Below, piece by piece: positions 48,524 to 58,042 of a stretch of 64,000 bases of DNA; within the stretch, counting starts at the first letter, position 1, and each line of letters begins with the position of its first letter. A model generated the notes under the pieces. That model searched no databases. It had not been told where the DNA came from and saw only the letters and a list, made by a program, of their open reading frames with translations. The stretch spans positions 46,869-110,868 of the forward strand of contig JBBILZ010000001.1 in assembly GCA_037444665.1 (NCBI GenBank), given 5' to 3'. Origin of the DNA: a candidate division WOR-3 bacterium (GTDB lineage: Bacteria > Hydrothermota > Tepidihabitantia > SM23-42 > JAOAFX01). Position numbers and translations under genes: made by a program.

Positions 48524-50428
48524 TTATAGAAAAGCAATATCATCACCTGCTTCTTCAACATCTAATTTTTCATCTTCCATAAAACTTTCTTTTATCGGAG
48601 TTTCTTTTTCAAATAAAGGCTCTTCCATTTCTGTAGGTAATAATTTTTCTTTTGGTTCTTCAATTATTGTTTCGGGTTCCTGATAAAAAGGCTGTTCTTC
48701 CACAACCTCAGGTGTAGCAATCGGTCCTTCGGGAATCTTTTCGGTAACAATTTCCGCTGGTTCGGCAGGTTGTATTTTTTCTTCCTGAGCAAAGGAAATC
48801 GGGGGCGATGGTCTTTCCACTTCCATTTTACCACCAAGCAGGGTATAGATTTCTTTAATATCACGGTAGTCAGGATTAACTGCCATAATATGTTCAATCT
48901 CCCTTAAGGCATTCTCAAAATCACCAACACCTTCATACCCTGATGCAAGCAGATATCTCAATGCTGTTTTTTTATTCTCAGGTATCTCTTCAAGCAATAT
49001 TATTGGACCCAACACCTTTATCGCCTCGTTATATCTACCCAATTTTATCAATGACTCTCCAATTATTTCAATAGTATCTGGCCAGAATTCTTTTTTATCT
49101 TTTTCATCCCGCAAATAAGATAAGGCAATATCATATAATCCTGAATCAATTGCCATCCTTGCCAGAGGGATCTTCTTTTTTGTATCATCTATCTCCCAGG
49201 TGATGTTTGTCCGAAAATCATCAAATTGTTTTGCTACTTCAAAGTTACGCACAGTAGGTCCTGCTTCTGCCTCTTTTAAAAGAAATTCAATATCAGCGAT
49301 TTGCCCTTCCAGTGGTGGAACCTCTGCTGGTTTTGTTTCGGGTTTTTGTTCAAGCGGTGATTCACTAATAATTTTTTCCTCTGCCACAGGCTCTACTACG
49401 GGTGGTTCTTTTTCCTGCCCGGGCATTGTGAACCCTTCAATCTCTTTGCTCAAGTCTTTCAATATATCAAGGTCACTCTGAATGGCAGTGATTGTTTCAT
49501 CAACCTTCTGTGCAGGCGGACCTTCCTCCTTAGGAACTTCCCCGGTTATATCCAGGGAGACTGGACTTACTTCTTCAGTTGGTTTTACAGGCTCAACTTC
49601 AACCTTCTCTTCAAATTTGGGAGCCGCGCCTGGTTTTAATTCATTAAGTTTTTTCAATGCCTCACTGTTATTGGGGTCAATTTCAAGGATTCTATTCAGC
49701 ACCTTCAACGCATCATCAATCTTACCTTCCCGTATCAACTCATCTGTTGCCTTTTTGAACTCATCAATTGCCTCATCTCGTGAACCGATCTCATACAACA
49801 GATTACCCAGCTCAATTCTACCTTTGGCATCCAGCTCTTCGCCACCATCGGCCTGGGGCAATAATTTTTTTATTTCACCGAGGATTGTTTCGTCATTTAT
49901 CTCCATTGCCAAACCGCGCAATTTTACCAATTCATCCTGTGCTTCACGATTACGATTTATAGAAAAAAATAATTTTGCAAGGGATAATCGCAATTGCAAA
50001 TTCTTAGGCTGAAATTCAATAATTTTGCGTAATGCTGATACAAAGAGTGTTTCGTCTTTCTTTTCCAGTGCACGAGAAGCAAATTCAATAAGTTTTTTTA
50101 ACGCTTCATTTCGCAATCCATAGAAATGGTACAGGTCTACAAGGCGGAATAGCACCCCATCATTCATTTCATCAACCATCAGTATCTTTTCCAGGCAGAT
50201 TATGGCTTCAGCATACTGTCCATTATGGGTATAGTTTTCAAAGGCATGCTCATACCGGGCAATTGCTTCATTGGTCTTTCCTAATTTCACTGCCAGATCA
50301 CCACATAATTCAAGAACCCTGGCACGATTTGGATTTTCATCAAGGGCACGCCGTAAAATAATCTGTGCCTTCTCATACCTGCCTTCATTTATGTATTGCC
50401 GACCTTTTTCTAAGACCTCTGTTTCCAT
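48524..50428 (-). CDS. cytoplasmic TPR protein with acidic linkers (paralog)
   Basis: TPR motifs, PDYRDI, acidic tail; promoter TTGACA-N16-TATAAT at 50447-50474. Confidence 0.85.
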   Translation of the reverse strand: METEVLEKGRQYINEGRYEKAQIILRRALDENPNRARVLELCGDLAVKLGKTNEAIARYEHAFENYTHNGQYAEAIICLEKILMVDEMNDGVLFRLVDLYHFYGLRNEALKKLIEFASRALEKKDETLFVSALRKIIEFQPKNLQLRLSLAKLFFSINRNREAQDELVKLRGLAMEINDETILGEIKKLLPQADGGEELDAKGRIELGNLLYEIGSRDEAIDEFKKATDELIREGKIDDALKVLNRILEIDPNNSEALKKLNELKPGAAPKFEEKVEVEPVKPTEEVSPVSLDITGEVPKEEGPPAQKVDETITAIQSDLDILKDLSKEIEGFTMPGQEKEPPVVEPVAEEKIISESPLEQKPETKPAEVPPLEGQIADIEFLLKEAEAGPTVRNFEVAKQFDDFRTNITWEIDDTKKKIPLARMAIDSGLYDIALSYLRDEKDKKEFWPDTIEIIGESLIKLGRYNEAIKVLGPIILLEEIPENKKTALRYLLASGYEGVGDFENALREIEHIMAVNPDYRDIKEIYTLLGGKMEVERPSPPISFAQEEKIQPAEPAEIVTEKIPEGPIATPEVVEEQPFYQEPETIIEEPKEKLLPTEMEEPLFEKETPIKESFMEDEKLDVEEAGDDIAFL

Positions 50429-50519
50429 TATAAACCTACCTTGTAAATTATAATTGATTTTGCGATTTTGTCAATACCAAAATAATCGTCTCTAAATATT
50501 CTAATTGTATAAACCGTTT

Positions 50520-52025
50520 TCACTGATTTCTCTTAAATTCCGCATCCAGTTCTTTATATAACCGCTCCTCTTTGTCGGTCAAATCTGCAAGTTGACTTTT
50601 CATTGTATCAACAAATTTTACATCAGTTATGGAAGGAAGATTAATCAAGACATTTGCCCGTGCACCCAAAAATCCACTATGGAGTGTATAGATTGCTACG
50701 CCCACATCTGAAATTGCACTCTTTAGACCTTTTTTCAGAAGAATTCCTGCATAATGATATAATCCTGTAATCCTTTCACATACGGCAAAAGGCACATTGG
50801 TCGCATTCTTCAGCGCCTTCTGGATTGTTTCGGTGCGCACTGCTTTTTCTTCTTCTGTTGCTTTGGGCATACGAAAAGCCTTCATCACCTCATCAAAGGC
50901 ATTTTTATCTTCGTCAATCATCTTGTAAAATCCACTCACCTCAGTCTTTAGTAGACCATGAAATCCTTTAAGTTCCGGGTCCTCATTCTTTTTTAATGTG
51001 ATGCCCGTTACCATTGCCAGAAGTGCACTTCCCAGTGCTCCCTGCAATGCAGCAACACTGCCCCCTCCTGGTGTAGGGGTTGTATCTGCAAGCTGCATAA
51101 GAAAATCAAACAGACTCTCTTTCTTGGCAGTGCCCCTTAAATGATATTCCAGAATCTGGTTTTCATTAAATCTGTTTAATTGCAAATAATAGATTGCAGT
51201 ATCAATCAATGCCTTTTCGGGAACGAGTCCAACAATCTCTGATTCTTTAATACTGACACCATACCGCTGGGCTTCAAGTCTAACCATTTCAAAGACCCGA
51301 TAGAGCGGTGTGCCCAAATAATTTGTCATATTTATTGAAACCTGGGCAAGCCCCTCTTCTTTCAGTTCAAAACCGAGTGCTTTGGCGTATCTGAAACCAC
51401 CATCTTTAAATCTAATGGCACGGGCAATATTCTTAGCAATACTGACATCACTTGTATTAAGATTGATGTTGTATGCAATCAATGGAAAACGCACGCCAAC
51501 AACTGTTGCACCAGCAGTGGGATGGATTTTAGGCTTGCCAAAGTCTGGATAACGTTCAGGATTTGTCTCAATCTCTTTACTCAACCCCTCAAATTCACCT
51601 TTTCTGATATTCGCAAGGTTCTCGCGTTCGGGTCTGGTTGCAGCTGCCTCATAAAGATAGATCGGAATTTCCAGTTCTTCGGCAATCCTCTTACCCAGTC
51701 GGCGCGCAAGTTCAACACACTCTTCAGTTGAAATATCGCTGATGGGTATGAAAGGAATCACATCGGTTGCCCCAATACGAGGATGTTCACCTTTATGCTT
51801 TGTCAAATCTATCAATTCTGCTGCTTTTTTTGCTGCATTAAATGCAGCCTCCAGAACTTTATCTGGTTCGCCAATAAAACTGAGTACTGCACGATTGTGG
51901 TCGGGATTCATCTCTACATCAAGTATTTGCACACCACTCTGCTCAATAATCTTTACAATTTCATCAATCTTTGCCTTATCGCGGCCTTCACTGAAATTTG
52001 GCACGCATTCAATTATCTGCCTCAT
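50520..52025 (-). CDS. ftcD: glutamate formimidoyltransferase / formimidoyl-THF cyclodeaminase
   Basis: ECVPNFSEGR, DHNR, HPRIGA, PTPGGGS. Confidence 0.95.
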   Translation of the reverse strand: MRQIIECVPNFSEGRDKAKIDEIVKIIEQSGVQILDVEMNPDHNRAVLSFIGEPDKVLEAAFNAAKKAAELIDLTKHKGEHPRIGATDVIPFIPISDISTEECVELARRLGKRIAEELEIPIYLYEAAATRPERENLANIRKGEFEGLSKEIETNPERYPDFGKPKIHPTAGATVVGVRFPLIAYNINLNTSDVSIAKNIARAIRFKDGGFRYAKALGFELKEEGLAQVSINMTNYLGTPLYRVFEMVRLEAQRYGVSIKESEIVGLVPEKALIDTAIYYLQLNRFNENQILEYHLRGTAKKESLFDFLMQLADTTPTPGGGSVAALQGALGSALLAMVTGITLKKNEDPELKGFHGLLKTEVSGFYKMIDEDKNAFDEVMKAFRMPKATEEEKAVRTETIQKALKNATNVPFAVCERITGLYHYAGILLKKGLKSAISDVGVAIYTLHSGFLGARANVLINLPSITDVKFVDTMKSQLADLTDKEERLYKELDAEFKRNQ

Positions 52026-53208
52026 AAATAATTTCCCCCTTTTTTATCACTATTTTTATCATATCTTCTCCAAATTGATAAGGAATTTTTTTATAGTTGT
52101 CAATGTTCCAGACCACAAGGTCTGCCTGGAAATCGGCTTTTATCTTACCTATCTTTTGTTCTCTTTTTATTGCCCGTGCTGCATTAATCGTGGCTCCAAT
52201 CAATGCCAGTTCAACCGGGATTTTGTATACAAGACATCCGAGCGATATTATCTTTGGCATTGCATAAATCATACAGGTACCCGGGTTAAAATCAGAGGCA
52301 ATTGCAATGGGCAATCCATATCTAATAAAATATTTAATTTGCGGTTTTTTCTCACTCTGTAAATAAAGCGAAGTACCTGGTAATAATACGGGTACGACAT
52401 TTGCCTTCTTCATTGCCTTAATGCCTGATTTTGTAGTATATACAAGATGCTCTGCTGAAACACAATGAAGTTCTGCCGCAAGCTTAGCACCACCGATATT
52501 GGATAGTTCATCAGTATGGATCTTCAGTGCGAAACCGAATTCCTTTGCTATTTGTAAAATTTTTTTACTTTCTTTTTTTGTGAAGGCAGTTTCATCGCAG
52601 AAAATATCACAGAATTCTGCGAGGTGTGATTGAGCAATTTCCGGGATAATTTCTTCACACTGCATATCCACATAATCCCGTCTTTTCATGAACCTCGGTA
52701 TGGTATGGATAAGGTATGTAGGAATAATTTCAACTGGCGAAGTCTTCTTTAATTTGTTGATAACTCGCAGCATCTTCATTTCTTCAGATAACGATAACCC
52801 ATATCCACTTTTAATCTCTATTGTGGTTGTTCCGTGACCCATAAGTTTTTTGATTCGCGCCTCTGCAAGTTTAAACAATTCTTTTTCTGATGCCTCGCGG
52901 GTCATAGAAACAGTCCTCAGGATGCCACCCCCTTTTTTGGCAATGTTTTCGTATTTTACTCCTTCAAGGCGCATGGCATATTCATCCTCACGGCTCCCTG
53001 CAAAAACAAGATGGGTATGGGCATCTATAAGTCCTGGTGTTATGATACATTCGCTACAATCAATGACCTTACCTCTGAATCCGCTCTCTGAAAATTTTCC
53101 AATTTTTTTTATAATTCCATTTTCAATCAGGATTGAACTATCAGTTAATAAACCAATCCCATCATCCATTGTCAGTATCTGTGCCGGATATTTCAATAGT
53201 ATACTCAT
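52009..53208 (-). CDS. hutI: imidazolonepropionase
   Basis: PGLIDAHTHLVFAGSR, EIKSGYGL, HTDEL, ASDFNPG. Confidence 0.95.
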   Translation of the reverse strand: MSILLKYPAQILTMDDGIGLLTDSSILIENGIIKKIGKFSESGFRGKVIDCSECIITPGLIDAHTHLVFAGSREDEYAMRLEGVKYENIAKKGGGILRTVSMTREASEKELFKLAEARIKKLMGHGTTTIEIKSGYGLSLSEEMKMLRVINKLKKTSPVEIIPTYLIHTIPRFMKRRDYVDMQCEEIIPEIAQSHLAEFCDIFCDETAFTKKESKKILQIAKEFGFALKIHTDELSNIGGAKLAAELHCVSAEHLVYTTKSGIKAMKKANVVPVLLPGTSLYLQSEKKPQIKYFIRYGLPIAIASDFNPGTCMIYAMPKIISLGCLVYKIPVELALIGATINAARAIKREQKIGKIKADFQADLVVWNIDNYKKIPYQFGEDMIKIVIKKGEIIYEADN

Positions 53209-53324
53209 AATGCTATATTCTATTCTTTTTTTCTATTTAGTCAATATTGTTATTTTAGCGATAGCATAATATTATCTAATAACCCATCTCATTGACTTTA
53301 ATAAATAATTAATTACAATAAGAT

Positions 53325-54314
53325 ATGGCATATTTTGGATTTCAATGGCATATTACAAATTTCTGTAATCTGCGCTGTTTCCATTGTTATCAGAACAATT
53401 TCACACACAAAGGAGAACTACCATTTATTGAAATTGTCAGGATTATAGATAAAATAGTCCAGGAATTAAAAAAAAGTGATATCGGCATAAATATCACTGG
53501 TGGTGAACCATTATTGTATGCTGATATTTACAGAGTATTGAATCTGTTGGAAAAGTGCAATAACATTAAAGTTATAAATATAATTACCAATGGCTTACTT
53601 TTAAATACTAAAACCATTAAAAAATTGAATACATACAAAAAAATTAAGGAATTAAAAATCTCTCTGGAAGGCGGGGATATTGAAACGAACGATAAAATCA
53701 GAGGCAGAGGAATATTTAATCGTGTTGTAAAAAATATTGAATCCATTCGTGATATTACAAAAAAGGAACTCATTCTGATGTTTACACTGGGCAGTTATAA
53801 TTATACGAATTTAGGAAAAATGCTGGAATTAACCCGAACTTTAAAAATAGACGGCATAATCATTGAAAGATTTGTTCCCTGGGGAAAGGGCACCTTTTTA
53901 AAGGACCATTATTTAAAAAAACACGAATGGCAACAGGTGATTACTGAAATTATCCAATTTACAAAACTTGATTATAGCCCTGTTGAATTATTACCTTATA
54001 AAGCATATCATATCGTTTTCAAAAAATCCATTGAATTAAAAGGAGCATTGTGTAATCTTGGTGATGAATCAATGGCTTTGATGCCCAATGGTGATGTCTA
54101 TCCCTGCCGAAGGTTTCCTTCAAAAATTGGAAACATTGTGCAGGATGAATTCAGTGAAATTTTATTACGACTCAAAATTCTGAAAGAGAATATAATCAAT
54201 AAACTAAAAGGAAAATGTGCGCACTGCACAATTTCTGAATGCTGGGGCTGTCGGGCAATAGCCTATGCCCTTCACAATGATTTTTATGCAGAAGACCCCC
54301 AGTGTTTTTTATAA
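53325..54314 (+). CDS. radical SAM / SPASM domain protein
   Basis: CNLRCFHC, TGGEP, GDVYPC, C..C.....C.GC.A; promoter TTGACT-N16-TACAAT at 53292-53319. Confidence 0.92.
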   Translation: MAYFGFQWHITNFCNLRCFHCYQNNFTHKGELPFIEIVRIIDKIVQELKKSDIGINITGGEPLLYADIYRVLNLLEKCNNIKVINIITNGLLLNTKTIKKLNTYKKIKELKISLEGGDIETNDKIRGRGIFNRVVKNIESIRDITKKELILMFTLGSYNYTNLGKMLELTRTLKIDGIIIERFVPWGKGTFLKDHYLKKHEWQQVITEIIQFTKLDYSPVELLPYKAYHIVFKKSIELKGALCNLGDESMALMPNGDVYPCRRFPSKIGNIVQDEFSEILLRLKILKENIINKLKGKCAHCTISECWGCRAIAYALHNDFYAEDPQCFL

Positions 54315-54327
54315 TCAAGGAGGCAAC

Positions 54328-54804
54328 ATGCATATCGGTGTTTTTTATTATTCGGTGACTGGCACAACCGAAGAATTTGCCAGACTCATAGCAAATGCAC
54401 TTTTAAAGGAGAACCACCATGTTGAGATATCAAAACTCATGACCAATCCAGAACTGACAAAGCCAGAATCAAAATTTGAAATTCTAAATATACCGGACCG
54501 CACAAAATTTGATATTCTGATACTTGGTGGGCCGGTCTGGGCATTTCGTGCCTGTCCTGTAGTATTAGAGTTTATCAGAAAATCAAATGGCATCGCAGGT
54601 AAAAAGTTCATTCCTTTTGTTACAATGGGCTTTCCCTTTAAATTTCTTGGTGGTACCAATGCAATTAAACAGATGCATAATACAGCACAGAAGTCTGGTT
54701 GTGATGTTCAGCCGGGCATTATTATTCCCAAATTATTTCATGATTTCAAAAGAATAATGGAACAAGGGGCATTGAAGATTGCCTCATCAATCAAAGGTGC
54801 TTGA
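54328..54804 (+). CDS. flavodoxin-like protein
   Basis: YYSVTGTT, LGGPVW; SD AGGAGG. Confidence 0.85.
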   Translation: MHIGVFYYSVTGTTEEFARLIANALLKENHHVEISKLMTNPELTKPESKFEILNIPDRTKFDILILGGPVWAFRACPVVLEFIRKSNGIAGKKFIPFVTMGFPFKFLGGTNAIKQMHNTAQKSGCDVQPGIIIPKLFHDFKRIMEQGALKIASSIKGA

Positions 54805-54834
54805 CCCAACAATCATTTTTGATATAATTTACAG

Positions 54835-55281
54835 ATGAACGAACAACCAACAACTGAGCGCCGAAAAAAGAAACCTTATGTTGTGATTGAATGTCCAGAA
54901 AAGATCCCCTGTGACCCCTGTGTCAATGCCTGCCCTCAGGGTGCAATAACAATCAAGGGTAGCATAATAGAACTCCCTGAAGTTGATTATGAAAAATGCA
55001 CAGGCTGTTTGCTCTGTATCCCTAAGTGTCCTGGACTCGCAATCTTTGTCATTGATGAGAGGCCTCAGGAATATTCAATCGTTTATATTCCTTATGAATT
55101 TTTACCCATCCCTGAAAAAGGGGATAAAGCCATTGGCCTGGACCGCGATGGCAAAGAAAGGTGTGATTCAGAAATTGTGAAAGTGCTTGTATCACCAAAA
55201 TTCAACCACTGTGCAGTAATTGGTATTTCTGTGCCCAAAGGGTTAGAAAAAGAAATAAGATTTTTTAAGATTAAAAATTAA
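54835..55281 (+). CDS. 4Fe-4S ferredoxin-domain protein
   Basis: CDPCVNACP and CTGCLLCIPKCP; promoter TTGACC-N16-TATAAT at 54801-54828. Confidence 0.9.
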   Translation: MNEQPTTERRKKKPYVVIECPEKIPCDPCVNACPQGAITIKGSIIELPEVDYEKCTGCLLCIPKCPGLAIFVIDERPQEYSIVYIPYEFLPIPEKGDKAIGLDRDGKERCDSEIVKVLVSPKFNHCAVIGISVPKGLEKEIRFFKIKN

Positions 55282-55321
55282 ATAAAGGTAAAAAAAGATA
55301 AATTTTAAAAGGGATGCGATT

Positions 55322-55846
55322 ATGAAACCAAACAGCATATTTTATTACATAATGAAAACAAAACTCGGTAAGATCGGCATTGTCTGGAGAAATGAAGACC
55401 ATAAAACCAGAATCAATGAAATCATTCTACTTCCATTATCTATAAATTCAATCAAAAAAAATTATCCAGGTGCCCGCAAGAAAAAAAATATCATCATAAA
55501 AAAAATTTTAAAGGATATCAATTCACATATCAATGGTAAAAAAGTAAGATTCAGTCTAAAAAATCTATACCTGAAGCGTCTGGGTAATTTTCAGAAAAGG
55601 GTTCTGATGCGGACAAATAAGATTCCTTTAGGAAAAACATTGTCCTATGGAACAATCGCCAGAGAACTGGGCATGCTTAAAGGTGGTGCAAGAGCAGTGG
55701 GACAGGCACTGGCAAAGAACCCTTTTCCCATTATCATTCCCTGCCATCGGGTCATCAAATCTGATGGCACATTAGGTGGTTTTGGTGGAAACATTGGTTT
55801 AAAACAGAGATTATTAAATATTGAAAAAGCAATGAGCGAAAAATGA
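55322..55846 (+). CDS. ogt: methylated-DNA-protein-cysteine methyltransferase
   Basis: ARAVG..L..NP, PCHRV. Confidence 0.92.
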   Translation: MKPNSIFYYIMKTKLGKIGIVWRNEDHKTRINEIILLPLSINSIKKNYPGARKKKNIIIKKILKDINSHINGKKVRFSLKNLYLKRLGNFQKRVLMRTNKIPLGKTLSYGTIARELGMLKGGARAVGQALAKNPFPIIIPCHRVIKSDGTLGGFGGNIGLKQRLLNIEKAMSEK

Positions 55847-56730
55847 ATTTTGTCTATACACAAAAATATTGTGTGGATTTAAAGGGCCATGTTTTCCCTA
55901 CAGAAAAATACCGTCTCATATATGAAACTTTAAAAAAAGAAAAGATTATTTTAAATGACAATGTATTTGAACCAGAAATGCCTGATAACAATGAACTATT
56001 GAAAATTATCACACCCGAATACCTTGATGACCTTATTAATGCCCGCTTAACATTTCGCACCTATACTTCAGAACTTCCTGTAGAACCAGATATTATCAAA
56101 TGGCAGACGCTCGGATGTGGTGGTTCTTTTCTGGCAGCAAAACTCGCCTTAGAGTGCGGTGCCACCTATCATATTGGTGGTGGTCTCCATCATGCATTTC
56201 CTGACCATGCTGAAGGATTCTGTTATCTCAATGATGTGGTGTATGCGGCGGTCAAACTGCTTGAAGCAGGGATTAAAAAGATTGCCATAATAGACTGTGA
56301 CCTGCACCAGGGCAATGGCACGGCAAAATTCTTTGAAAATGAGAAGCGGGTATTCACATTTTCAATCCACCAGGAACATCTCTATCCAAAAAAAGAAAGG
56401 TCAGACCTTGACATTGGCCTTGATTTTGATACTGGTGATGAAGAATACCTTTTTCAATTACAATCAGCATTAAATAAAATCTCCAATGAGTTCAAACCTG
56501 AATTTGTAATTTACCTTGCCGGTGCTGACCCTTATCTGTTTGACCAGTTAGGTAATCTGAAACTTACCATTGAGGGTTTGATAAAAAGGGATGAAATGGT
56601 CATTGATTATGCACATAAGAATCAGATAAAGATGTTTGTAGCATTAGCAGGCGGTTATGCAGAGGAACTTGATGATACAGTGGAGATCCATTGTAATACT
56701 GCACGGGTAATGCACAGAATTTACGGATAA
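55843..56730 (+). CDS. histone deacetylase family (class IV-like) protein
   Basis: GGLHHA, GFC..ND, DCDLHQGNG, YLAGAD, GGY. Confidence 0.92.
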   Translation: MNFVYTQKYCVDLKGHVFPTEKYRLIYETLKKEKIILNDNVFEPEMPDNNELLKIITPEYLDDLINARLTFRTYTSELPVEPDIIKWQTLGCGGSFLAAKLALECGATYHIGGGLHHAFPDHAEGFCYLNDVVYAAVKLLEAGIKKIAIIDCDLHQGNGTAKFFENEKRVFTFSIHQEHLYPKKERSDLDIGLDFDTGDEEYLFQLQSALNKISNEFKPEFVIYLAGADPYLFDQLGNLKLTIEGLIKRDEMVIDYAHKNQIKMFVALAGGYAEELDDTVEIHCNTARVMHRIYG

Positions 56731-56789
56731 AATTTTAAATGTTCAGTTATTATATAATTTTATTAGCAATTATCACAAAAGGAGGAGAG

Positions 56790-57362
56790 ATGATTGATTT
56801 ACCAGAACCACAATTTACCAATGTATCACTGGAACAATGTATTCAGAAACGGCGTTCCATAAGAAATTTTCAGAATCAAGAACTTACGCTTCAGCAGGTC
56901 TCAAATCTATTGTGGTCTGCACAGGGAATAACCGATTCAATAAGGGAATTTCGTGCTACACCGAGTGCTGGTGCAACCTATCCACTGGAAATCTTTGTGG
57001 CAAAGAAGGATGGATTATTTCGCTATATTCCTGATGGTCATAGATTGAAAAAAGAACAGGATGCAGATTTGAGAAAAGAGATTGCCCGTGCAGCTCTAAA
57101 CCAGATGTTCATTGCTGATGCAGGTATTGTAATTGTAATCACTGCGGTCTTTCAACGCACTGCCTGGCGTTATGGCGAAAGGGCATACCGCTACATCAAC
57201 AATGAAGTCGGACATTGTGCCCAGAATATACATCTTGAAGCAGTGGCACTCGGCCTTGGTTCAGTGCCAATCGGCGCATTTGATGATGTAAAGATTAAAA
57301 AACTTTTAAAACTAACAGAAGAAGAACCACTCTATATAATTCCAGTCGGCGTACCCAGGTAA
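56790..57362 (+). CDS. SagB/ThcOx-type nitroreductase family protein
   Basis: RRSIR, PSAGATYPLE, GHCAQN, IGAFDD; SD GGAGG. Confidence 0.9.
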   Translation: MIDLPEPQFTNVSLEQCIQKRRSIRNFQNQELTLQQVSNLLWSAQGITDSIREFRATPSAGATYPLEIFVAKKDGLFRYIPDGHRLKKEQDADLRKEIARAALNQMFIADAGIVIVITAVFQRTAWRYGERAYRYINNEVGHCAQNIHLEAVALGLGSVPIGAFDDVKIKKLLKLTEEEPLYIIPVGVPR

Positions 57363-57424
57363 GCTCTCTAATCGGGAATTTTTTTTTGCCAATCTTGTAT
57401 CTATAAATAGAAAAGGAGGCTAAC

Positions 57425-58042
57425 ATGAGAGACCATAAAAAGAGCTACAGTATCTATCTTAGGGCAGGTTTCCTGGTCGCCATCGGCATGCTCATTGCAT
57501 TTTTCCTGACCCTGCCCTATGCTGAACCCGAGCCCTATAAACTGAGCCATGAAGTTGTTGGCATCATCAATGAGATAACTATGCAGATTGACAAACAGAT
57601 AGAAGAGATTGATAATACCGCAAGGCCCAAACCCCCTCAGGCAGTAACACCCGCAGAAAAACCTGACGAAGGTGTAAACACAATCACCCCGACCACTTTC
57701 ACTGAAAATATAATACCCATCAATCCTGTTGGTCCTGATATTGAAATTGTCCCTTATTATAGGGTAGAAATAAAACCCCAACCAGTATCAATGCCTGCAC
57801 CTGAATATCCACCCCTGGCAGTAAAGGCAGGTATAGAAGGCAAGACCGTGGTGAAGATGCTCGTTGATACTGATGGCAGTGTGATTGCAGTTGAGATACT
57901 CAAATCCAGTGGTAATCAGATGCTTGATGAGTCAGCAGTCAATGCTGCAAAGAAGGCTAAATTCACACCGGCAAAACAGCGGGATAAATTTGTTCGGGTC
58001 TGGGTAGTAAGGCAGGTTGAATTTAAATTGAATAATGGATAA
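57425..58042 (+). CDS. tonB: TonB family energy transducer
   Basis: N-terminal TM helix, Pro-rich linker, YPPLA...GIEG...SSG...LD..A. Confidence 0.88.
   Translation: MRDHKKSYSIYLRAGFLVAIGMLIAFFLTLPYAEPEPYKLSHEVVGIINEITMQIDKQIEEIDNTARPKPPQAVTPAEKPDEGVNTITPTTFTENIIPINPVGPDIEIVPYYRVEIKPQPVSMPAPEYPPLAVKAGIEGKTVVKMLVDTDGSVIAVEILKSSGNQMLDESAVNAAKKAKFTPAKQRDKFVRVWVVRQVEFKLNNG

Noticed and set aside
53325..57362. RiPP cluster (radical SAM/SPASM + SagB-like oxidase)
   Set aside because: No precursor peptide, YcaO, RRE or exporter; intervening genes are unrelated housekeeping; stand-alone SagB-type nitroreductases are common.
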